In this document: positions 56,466 to 64,000 of the stretch, in pieces
Layout of the letters: every line of letters starts with the position of its first letter
Position numbering within the stretch: position 1 is the stretch's first letter
Assembly: GCA_963756875.1 (NCBI GenBank)
Contig: CAVWPA010000002.1
Span: forward strand, 64,001-128,000
From: an uncultured Verrucomicrobiae bacterium
GTDB taxonomy: Bacteria; Verrucomicrobiota; Verrucomicrobiia; Chthoniobacterales; UBA10450
Reading direction: 5' to 3'
Length of the DNA: 64,000 nucleotides
Translations under genes and position numbers: made by a program
The notes under the pieces: generated by a model
The model's database searches: none
Seen by the model: the letters and a program-made list of their open reading frames with translations, nothing else
What the model was told of the DNA's origin: nothing

Positions 56466-59400
56466 ATGCCCCGCGACTCGTTCGTCCACCTGCACCTGCA
56501 TACCGAGTACTCGCTGCTCGACGGTGCGATTCGGATGAAGCAGCTGATGAAAAAGGCGGCGGAATTCAAGATGCCGGCGGTGGCGATGACCGATCACGGC
56601 AATCTTTTCGGGGCGATTGAATTTTATCAGGAAGCGAAGCGCGCGGGCATCAAGCCGATCATCGGTTGCGAGGCTTATATCGCGCCCGGTTCGCACCGGG
56701 AGCATGCCAACTCGCGGCGAGGCGCGGCTTATCATTTCACTTTGCTGGCGCAAGACGAGACCGGCTATCGAAACCTGGTCAAGTTGATCACGACTGCGCA
56801 TCTCGATGGATTTCATTACGCGCCGAGGATCGACAAGGAGCTTCTCGCCCAGCACTCGAAGGGACTGATCGGTCTGAGCGGTTGTCTTGCCGGCGAGATC
56901 AATTCGGCGATTCAATCGAATAATCTCGAGAAGGCGAAGCAGGCCGCGGCCCAGTATCGCGACATCCTGGGCCCTGAAAATTTCTTTATCGAACTGCACA
57001 ACCACGGCCTGGAGGAGCAGCAATGGTGCAACGCCGTCCTGCCGAAAATTGCGAAGGACCTGGGCCTCGGACTGGTTGCGGCGAACGACGTTCATTTTCT
57101 CCGGCGGAGCGATCATGACGCGCACGATGTCATGCTTTGCATCGGCACCGGCAAGATGGTGCAGGACGAACACCGGATGCACTACGCGCCGGAACTTTAC
57201 TTCAAATCGCCTGCGGAAATGCAGGAGTTGTTTCGCGATTTTCCGGAAGCGCTGACCAATACGCTTGAGATCGCCGAGCGTTGTAATCTCACGATCGAAT
57301 TCGGCAAGTCGAAGTATCCGCAGTATCCGGCTCCGGAAGGCAAAACGCGGGAGGGCTACCTGCGCGACCTTTGTTGCCGGGGTTTGGAGGAACGCTACGG
57401 TGAACGCGCGCGGAACGACGATCATCTTCGGCAACGTCTCGATTACGAACTGAGCGTGCTCGAAAAAACCGGTTTCGTCAGTTACATCCTGATCGTCTGG
57501 GATTTCATCCGCTTTGCGAAGGACAGAAAAATCCCGGTTGGACCGGGGCGCGGTTCCGCGGCGGGATCGCTGGTGGCCTATGTGCTTGGGATCACGGACA
57601 TCGATCCGCTGCAATATGGGCTCATCTTCGAACGCTTTCTGAATCCGGACCGCGTTTCGCCCCCGGATATCGATGTCGATTTTTGCGAAACCCGCCGCAG
57701 CGAAGTCCTTGAGTACGTTCGCCAAAAATACGGCGAACGCCGGGTCGCGCAGATCATCACGTTTGGAAAATTGAAGGCCAAGAGCGTGGTGCGCGACGTG
57801 GGCCGTGTCATGGGCCTGAGTTATCGCGACGCCGACCGCATCGCGAAGATGATTCCAAACGAACTGAATATCACGCTCGAGTCCGCCGCGAAAAAAAATG
57901 TGGAACTGGAGCGTGCGATCGCGAATGAGCCGCAAACGAAGCAACTTTTCGAATACGGAAAAACGCTGGAAGGCTTGTCGCGCAATGCCGGCGTTCATGC
58001 GGCCGGTGTCGTGATCGCCGATCGCGACCTGACGGATTACATCCCGCTTTGCCGCGACGTCAAAGGCAACGACGTCATCAGCCAGTATTCGATGGGGCCG
58101 CTCAACGATCTCGGGTTGCTGAAAATGGATTTTCTGGGGCTAAAAACGCTCACTGTAATCGAAGACACACTCACGTTGATTCGCGAGCACGAGGCCGATT
58201 TTTCGCTCAAAGGCATTCCGCTCGACGATGCGGCTTCCTTCGGGCTCTACAATCGCGGCGAGACCACCGGACTGTTCCAGATGGAATCAGGCGGCATGAC
58301 TTCGGTTTCCAAGCAATTCGACGTCGGGAAAATCGATGACATCATTGCGCTGATTGCGCTTTATCGTCCCGGCCCCATGGATCTCATCGGCGACTATATC
58401 CAGCGCAAGAAAGGCCTCACAAAAATCCGGTACGAGCATCCCTTGCTGGAAGAAATTTGTGCCGATACCTGCGGCGTGATGATTTATCAGGAACAAGTAA
58501 TGGCGGCCGCCAGCAAGCTGGGCGGCTACTCACTCGCGCAAGCCGATCTTCTTCGCCGGGCGATGGGGAAGAAAGACAAGGAAAAGATGGCGAAAGAGCG
58601 CAAGAATTTCATCGAAGGCTGCGCGCGCACGAACAAGATCCCTGAAAAAAAGGCGAATGCGATTTTCGATTTGCTCGAGAAATTCGCCGGGTACGGATTC
58701 AATAAGAGCCACAGCGCGGCGTACGGACTGATCAGCTACCAGACTGCGTATTTGAAGGCGCATTTTCCGGTCGAGTTCATGGCCGGTTTGCTCAGCAACG
58801 AAATCAGCAACACCGAAAAAATTTCGGTGTTCGTCGCCGAATGCAAACGGATGGGCATCTCGATCCTGGCGCCGGACATCAATCGAAGCGGGTTGAAGTT
58901 TGTTCCGGAAAAACGTGGCGCCTGCATCCTCCCCGTGAAACCGGAAGATCATCGGCAAGATGCCGATGCCACATTCAATGCGATTCGTTACGGGCTGGCC
59001 GCGATCAAGAACGTTGGCCAGGCGGCGATGGAAATGTCGATCCAGGAACGCGAACGGGGAGGGGATTACACGTCGCTGGAAGATTTTTGCGGGCGGCTCG
59101 GAACGCGCGTCGCGAACCGCAAAATGCTGGAGAGCCTGATCAAAGCGGGCGCATTCGATTTTCTCGGACGCGATCGCGCGGAACTTTCCGCCTGTATCGA
59201 CGAAGCACTGGCGGCCGCGGCGGCAGCCCATCGCGATCGAGCCGCGGGCCAGGTCTCATTGTTCGACGAAGCGATGCATGCGGCGACAACGACCACGCGC
59301 AAGCAGGTGAAACCGTGGAGCGATCATGAAAAGCTCTCTTACGAGAAAGAGCTGCTCGGGTTTTACGTGAGCGGCCATCCGCTCGATGCTTATGCCGATC

Positions 59401-60008
59401 TTCTCGCGGCGAAAAATTATCAATCGGTCGGTTCGTTAGGTGAGCTGAGCGATCGCGCGCTCTTCAAGACCGCCGGCGCCATCGCCCAGGTCGACAAAAA
59501 GTTTACGCGAAGGGATGGCAAACCGTTCGCGGTCATGTGGCTCGAAGACTTGAGCGGCACGCTTGAGGTAGTGGTTTGGAACGATCTTTACGTGAAGGTT
59601 GCGGAGACGCTTGCGCCCGGACGCGTCGTGGAAGTACAGGGAACAATCGACGCACGCGGCGACTCGCTGCGCGCAACGGCGCAACGGGTGAAGGTGCTCA
59701 GCTCGGAAAGACCAAACGGATCGGCTCGCGGGAATGGAGAGTCGGCGAGTGGGTCGAAGGAATCGGTCGTGCTTCTGCAATTTTCGCCCGCGGCCACCGG
59801 CGATGAGCTGCGCGAGGTGCGCGAAATTCTGGCGAGTTCTCCGGGAGATCGTCGCGTGCAATTGCTGTTTGCGCGCGCCGGCGACGATCCGCTGCGGGTC
59901 GACGCCGGTGATGACGTTCGAGTGGATTTGACGCGTGACCTTGAAGCGAAGCTCGCCCGCTGGCTGGTAAGTACCAAGTCGGAGCGGCGCAGCGCAATGA
60001 ACGCCTAA
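56466..60008 (+). CDS. dnaE: DNA polymerase III alpha subunit
   Basis: FVHLHLHTEYSLLDG PHP domain, GPGRGSAAGS, PPDIDVDF, KMDFLGL, YGFNKSHS, EKELLGFY.SGHP. Confidence 0.99.
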   Translation: MPRDSFVHLHLHTEYSLLDGAIRMKQLMKKAAEFKMPAVAMTDHGNLFGAIEFYQEAKRAGIKPIIGCEAYIAPGSHREHANSRRGAAYHFTLLAQDETGYRNLVKLITTAHLDGFHYAPRIDKELLAQHSKGLIGLSGCLAGEINSAIQSNNLEKAKQAAAQYRDILGPENFFIELHNHGLEEQQWCNAVLPKIAKDLGLGLVAANDVHFLRRSDHDAHDVMLCIGTGKMVQDEHRMHYAPELYFKSPAEMQELFRDFPEALTNTLEIAERCNLTIEFGKSKYPQYPAPEGKTREGYLRDLCCRGLEERYGERARNDDHLRQRLDYELSVLEKTGFVSYILIVWDFIRFAKDRKIPVGPGRGSAAGSLVAYVLGITDIDPLQYGLIFERFLNPDRVSPPDIDVDFCETRRSEVLEYVRQKYGERRVAQIITFGKLKAKSVVRDVGRVMGLSYRDADRIAKMIPNELNITLESAAKKNVELERAIANEPQTKQLFEYGKTLEGLSRNAGVHAAGVVIADRDLTDYIPLCRDVKGNDVISQYSMGPLNDLGLLKMDFLGLKTLTVIEDTLTLIREHEADFSLKGIPLDDAASFGLYNRGETTGLFQMESGGMTSVSKQFDVGKIDDIIALIALYRPGPMDLIGDYIQRKKGLTKIRYEHPLLEEICADTCGVMIYQEQVMAAASKLGGYSLAQADLLRRAMGKKDKEKMAKERKNFIEGCARTNKIPEKKANAIFDLLEKFAGYGFNKSHSAAYGLISYQTAYLKAHFPVEFMAGLLSNEISNTEKISVFVAECKRMGISILAPDINRSGLKFVPEKRGACILPVKPEDHRQDADATFNAIRYGLAAIKNVGQAAMEMSIQERERGGDYTSLEDFCGRLGTRVANRKMLESLIKAGAFDFLGRDRAELSACIDEALAAAAAAHRDRAAGQVSLFDEAMHAATTTTRKQVKPWSDHEKLSYEKELLGFYVSGHPLDAYADLLAAKNYQSVGSLGELSDRALFKTAGAIAQVDKKFTRRDGKPFAVMWLEDLSGTLEVVVWNDLYVKVAETLAPGRVVEVQGTIDARGDSLRATAQRVKVLSSERPNGSARGNGESASGSKESVVLLQFSPAATGDELREVREILASSPGDRRVQLLFARAGDDPLRVDAGDDVRVDLTRDLEAKLARWLVSTKSERRSAMNA

Positions 60009-62839
60009 CGACGGTGTCTGGCGCGTCGTCGATGGCGCGTCGTCGCCGTCTGCGCTCGTGTTTCGCATCCGATAAGCAGGGTCTGGGATCCTTCTCCCGA
60101 ACAAACCCGCAAGATCCGTGTCGCCCCGGCCTCGTCCATCGCGCCGAACGGATGGCCGTTGCGGCTTTCGGTCAACATCAGGAACCAATCCGGATGAAAT
60201 GCGTTCCCGTGCAGCTCGATTCGATCGATTTTGGGGAACGTCGTTTCATCCACGGAAACCGGCAGCAATTGGAAACCATTTACACAATTTGCCGACTGGG
60301 CCGGCATCGCGTCGATAATCGGCTCGATCCCGGTTAGCTTTATTGAAACATCGTCCGAATCATGGAAATCGATTGTGCCGCGGACAAAGAGATCGGCCTC
60401 CCTGGTAATTAGACGCGCGAAATCGAGAGATGCCGTTTCGCCATGGAAGCGAATCAGGCTGGACACGCCGCTTGCATGGAGCGGTGTTGCGCCCAGTTTC
60501 CCGTCGATCAATTGCAGGTCGCCGGAGATTTTCGGATGACGCAACGTTTCGGTAAAAAGCATTTTCCCGCTCAAAATTCCACCTCGCATCCAATCGTGGA
60601 TGAGATAGCGCGGAACGCGCGCCAGAAAGACCGCCGGGAAATCGAGCTGGGCTGAAATCGGTTCCAGAGCGGCCCGGCCGCGTTCCTTGCCGAGAAGAAG
60701 CTGCGAAGTAAAACCGAGCGAAATCGGGTCGCAGTCGCGGAAGGTGAGATCGGCATTGGCGCTCAGTTTCCCGGAAGCGAAGCGCGTATGTGCGTCGGCA
60801 GACCAAGGCGCTTCATCGGAAATGGTAAAGTCACGGAGCCGCATTTCGGACCAGCCCTGCAACGCGTCAAGACCGCCGAAGATCGACAGCCGCGCCGTCA
60901 AATTTCCGCTCAGAGAAGTGCGGCCGGTGATCGCTTGTGAGAGCTCGGTAAGGTCGGTCGGCTCGACAGCCAGATCGACATCGGCGTTTTGTTCCGGATC
61001 GACCGCATCCAGCAGATGGCTTCCGTGGAGGACCTTGGAAATTGAAAGTGGAATAAAAAAATTGCCGCGCAGTTTCGGTTTGGCGTTTAGATCGAAAGCG
61101 ACGGCCTGACCTTGCAGGTAATTGGCCGCGACGGTGAGAAAACCATTGAGCGACGCGTGCTGATTGGAGAAATGGAGTTGCTGAAAGAAGACCTTCCCGG
61201 GCGAATAATCGGCACTCAGTTCGACGTCGAACGGAAGAAGGTCTGAGCCTATGGTAGCGCGTATTCCGCGGCCGCCTACATGGAGCGTGCCGGAGTGCGC
61301 GCCGGCATTTCCCTTTCCCGACCATTCGCCATGGAGAAGCCCGGCGTGGAGAAAACTCCAGGAAGCCGGGATCATCTTCGCATAATCGGCAATGTTCTTA
61401 ATCGCGGCGTTCGCCGTGCCGGAGTAATTGTGCTCGTTGGAGACGTCCACCGTACCCTGCGCATGTAACGAATCTTCCTTGCGCTTTAACTCCAGCTGCT
61501 CGATTTCGAGCTCGCTCGCCTTCAAATTCAATTTTGCCGCGCAACTGTCGATCTTTGTCCGGAAGATCGACAACGAACTGCCGCTCACCGTGAGACGACC
61601 GCCTATTTTTCGGTTCCCCGCGTTCACGGTTCCTTCGATTGCTACTGCGCCTGCAAAATCGCCTGGCTGCGCACCGAAAAGGCGAGCGAAGGAGCCAAGA
61701 TCGTCGATTGACCCGGAAACGTTTGCCCGGAAATCGGGATTCCACCAATCGGTCGGCTTCGCATGCAACGAGCCTTCGCCGCTGAGCGTCAGCTCATTTT
61801 GCCGCTGTTTTACGTAAAGCTGCTGAAGCTGAATCTGGCGATTGTAGAGCGCAGCGCCCAGCATGATTAGCTCAGCGGAACGGTTTTCCCAACTCAGGTC
61901 TGTCACTTCGGTCCAAACAGAAGCGGTCGCGTGGCTCAGATCGCGAGGGTCGCCGTGAAAAGTGAATTTGCCCGCGTGAAGCGAGCCTCCGAGTTGATCG
62001 TTGAACCCGAGGGCTTTGGACGTTTGCGCCAGAGAGATATCGTTGGCCGATGCGACGAAATCCCAGATCGACTGCCCATGCTGCCATTCATTGGAAAAGC
62101 TGGCGCGCAGCTTTCCGCCAAACGTATCGAGGTCGAATTGCAGATCGGCTTGTCGCTTGCCGAGGCGCGAGAGATCCATGGTCATCCATTGAAGGTCGAG
62201 CCCGCGGCTGAGAGTGATTCCTGCAAGAGTGAGACTGGCCTCCTGCCATTTCGTTGCGCCGCGAAGGTGGGAGAACGTTTGATGAAACAAGAGCGACGCA
62301 ACCGTGAACTCATCGGCACTAAAGCGGCCGCTTTCGACTTCGCTGCCCGAGAGCGATGCGTTTCGAAGCAGGATTACCGTGCTCCCGTCTTCAAGTCGCA
62401 GGTTGAGATTCGCGAAATTGAAGTTTTCCGGAAGCAACCTTTCCAGCATTGGCCAGGCAAGATCCAGCTTGCCGGATTTGCTCTGGGAATTGCTGCTGAC
62501 CCGGACGCTGAGCTTTTCAACCGATAACGACCGGATGGCACGTCCGCGAACCCCGATTAAAATCCGCGCCATGTTCAGGCCGAGAACGGCCCGATCGGCA
62601 TCGATCTCGATACGAAATGGCGCGTTCTGCGCGTCGGTGATGCGCAGGTGATGAATTACGATCGGCCTCAAGAACGGCGCATCGATTTTTCCAAGCTCCA
62701 CATGCAGCCCTTGTTTCCGTCCCTCCCACCAGGACCAAACGCGAAAGCCGGTCGAAAGAGTAATGGGCGCAAAAAGAACAGCGACCAGCGCGACGAGCAA
62801 AAGCACCGAACCAAGGATGACAAGACGCTTTTTCCGCAT
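60005..62839 (-). CDS. Large membrane-anchored beta-rich protein, AsmA/TamB-like
   Basis: N-terminal basic + TM anchor, about 900 aa of repeated amphipathic beta-strand/Gly patterns. Confidence 0.65.
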   Translation of the reverse strand: MRKKRLVILGSVLLLVALVAVLFAPITLSTGFRVWSWWEGRKQGLHVELGKIDAPFLRPIVIHHLRITDAQNAPFRIEIDADRAVLGLNMARILIGVRGRAIRSLSVEKLSVRVSSNSQSKSGKLDLAWPMLERLLPENFNFANLNLRLEDGSTVILLRNASLSGSEVESGRFSADEFTVASLLFHQTFSHLRGATKWQEASLTLAGITLSRGLDLQWMTMDLSRLGKRQADLQFDLDTFGGKLRASFSNEWQHGQSIWDFVASANDISLAQTSKALGFNDQLGGSLHAGKFTFHGDPRDLSHATASVWTEVTDLSWENRSAELIMLGAALYNRQIQLQQLYVKQRQNELTLSGEGSLHAKPTDWWNPDFRANVSGSIDDLGSFARLFGAQPGDFAGAVAIEGTVNAGNRKIGGRLTVSGSSLSIFRTKIDSCAAKLNLKASELEIEQLELKRKEDSLHAQGTVDVSNEHNYSGTANAAIKNIADYAKMIPASWSFLHAGLLHGEWSGKGNAGAHSGTLHVGGRGIRATIGSDLLPFDVELSADYSPGKVFFQQLHFSNQHASLNGFLTVAANYLQGQAVAFDLNAKPKLRGNFFIPLSISKVLHGSHLLDAVDPEQNADVDLAVEPTDLTELSQAITGRTSLSGNLTARLSIFGGLDALQGWSEMRLRDFTISDEAPWSADAHTRFASGKLSANADLTFRDCDPISLGFTSQLLLGKERGRAALEPISAQLDFPAVFLARVPRYLIHDWMRGGILSGKMLFTETLRHPKISGDLQLIDGKLGATPLHASGVSSLIRFHGETASLDFARLITREADLFVRGTIDFHDSDDVSIKLTGIEPIIDAMPAQSANCVNGFQLLPVSVDETTFPKIDRIELHGNAFHPDWFLMLTESRNGHPFGAMDEAGATRILRVCSGEGSQTLLIGCETRAQTATTRHRRRARHRR

Positions 62840-62973
62840 GGACCCCTACTGGTTTAATGGCAAAGCGCCTCCGCGGAAAGCCGCTTTCTCGTCGAGGACG
62901 CTTCTTTGGGGATAGGCGAGATTTTGCGGATTCGGCTGCTCGCGAGCAAGCTTTGCGACAATTTTCGTAACAA

Positions 62974-63036
62974 CCCTCACCCGGTCCGGCGGCTGCCGGA
63001 TTTTCCTCACCCTCAAGGAGAGGAGGGAGGTGAGGG
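62974..63036. repeat. CCCTCACC-type palindromic element overlapping the end of the DUF4230-like gene
   Basis: CCCTCACC...CCTCACCCTCAAGGAGAGG..GGTGAGGG; relative inside egtB at 49477..49532. Confidence 0.75.
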
Positions 63037-63774
63037 CGAGCCCACTTGCAAATCAACACCCTGCTGCTTCTGCTCTTTGGCCACCGGGACCTCGTCTGTT
63101 GTTTTGGCGGTAAACACCAGCCGAATGGGCTGCGTTGCATGAACTCTCGCCTCGAGTTGCTGCTTTAACGCGCGCTCGGCTTCGGCAGGCAATTTGGCTT
63201 CCGTGGCTTTTTCCCGAGCTAACCTGGGCAGGACCGCCAGTTCGCTTTGCACATCGTCTGCCGATATCCGGTTCCAATATCCATTTTCAAAAGAAAGCAC
63301 ATCCAGGTGCTCCTGTTCGACTCCGAGAACCCTGGCATGCGGGAGGTGCACCACAATTTCATTCGGGTTCACATCGACGGCCACATTCTGCCGTAAATCG
63401 AAACCGGCTTTCACAAGGAACGTTCCATGCAGCTTTACTCGCTTCGAGCTGCCGGCCCATGTGTTTTGAAATTCGTGTTCGATTTCGATTCGTCGCGAGA
63501 CCATCGCCAACTCGGTCGTCGGCATTGTTTGTTCCAGATAGACGCGATTATCGATCGTGATGCGCGGTTGTAGATGTGCAACGTCAACGAACGCCGAGCG
63601 GAGGTCTCTGCCGATCCGTTCCAGATCTCCAGTTCCCTGTTCGGCAGTGCGGGCCGGCCAGCTCTCCAGGCGCAGAAAAATGACGAGGATAACCGCCGCG
63701 ATGATGAGCGCGACCAGCGTCAGGGCGACCGGCCAGGATATTCGTCCCGACCTTGAAGTGGAATAACGAAGCAC
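63013..63774 (-). CDS. DUF4230-like membrane-anchored protein
   Basis: TM helix, then G...VKAGFDL......V....I.V.LP..., AE..L...L pattern; start uncertain. Confidence 0.75.
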   Translation of the reverse strand: MLRYSTSRSGRISWPVALTLVALIIAAVILVIFLRLESWPARTAEQGTGDLERIGRDLRSAFVDVAHLQPRITIDNRVYLEQTMPTTELAMVSRRIEIEHEFQNTWAGSSKRVKLHGTFLVKAGFDLRQNVAVDVNPNEIVVHLPHARVLGVEQEHLDVLSFENGYWNRISADDVQSELAVLPRLAREKATEAKLPAEAERALKQQLEARVHATQPIRLVFTAKTTDEVPVAKEQKQQGVDLQVGSPSPPSSP

Positions 63775-63870
63775 GAATGACGAATGCCGAATTAATGACG
63801 AATGACAAATGACGAATGAACAGACGAAGCGATTTTCTTTGGCTATTCCCGCTTTGTCATTCGGATTTCG
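63774..63870. repeat. Inverted heptamer tandem array (AATGACG-like)
   Basis: CGAATGA CGAATGC CGAATT AATGA CGAATGA CAAATGA CGAATGA ... TTTGTCATTCGGATTTCG. Confidence 0.8.
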
Positions 63871-63875
63871 CCACC

Positions 63876-63918
63876 AAAAAAGTACCGCCCCCCACGCCCG
63901 ATGGACGTGAAGGGCGGC
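63876..63918 (-). terminator. Probable intrinsic terminator of a minus-strand transcript starting beyond the window
   Basis: GCCGCCCTTCACGTCC-ATC-GGGCGTGGGGGGCGGT hairpin (G-U pairs only on the minus strand) followed by ACTTTTTT. Confidence 0.7.
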
Positions 63919-64000
63919 TGTTCCCCCCAGAACAATCTACAAAGCTGCGCTGGTAGTAGCCGAGCTTAAACGATGCCGCAACAAAATTCTGCGTGAATTA

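Noticed and set aside
58915..58972. Intein in DnaE
   Set aside because: The insert is only about 20 aa and has no intein splicing motifs.
63919..63934. TGTTC-N6-GAACA as a second LexA box
   Set aside because: Spacer is 6, not 4, and it adjoins a terminator-like hairpin rather than a promoter.

Overview
A GC-rich bacterial core-genome window. Gene content and a TGTTC-N4-GAAC LexA-type box point to a Verrucomicrobiota organism, probably Spartobacteria/Chthoniobacterales-like; this is inference, not a database result. It holds about 60 CDSs (secA 3' part, mnmA, cutA, acs, thrB, lpxK, a LigD polymerase domain, lolC/E, bcp, rpoZ, smpB, thpR, ruvA, an ArnT-like/PAP2 pair, a SplB-like radical SAM, egtB-egtD plus a betaine-type ABC transporter, tatA, glnA, glnB, dnaE and others), a 34-aa bS22-like ORF missed by the ORF track, tRNA-Pro(CGG) and tRNA-Ser(TGA). 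I saw no transposase, integrase, prophage or CRISPR. The most striking signal is a dense set of very small non-autonomous repeat elements: GTAG-type REPs, GGGGAGCG cruciforms, GTCAT-type and CCCTCACC-type palindromes, inverted 6/7/10-mer tandem arrays, a 281-bp MITE with 33-bp TIRs, a 30-bp module and an 18-bp hairpin. They nest inside each other, supply or closely follow stop codons, and sit in frame inside housekeeping genes (dnaE, egtB, radical SAM, ABC transporter N-terminus, an ATP-grasp-like gene, thpR tail). Two genes carry single +1 homopolymer frameshifts that may be assembly errors. All calls come from motif recognition by eye; no searches were run.
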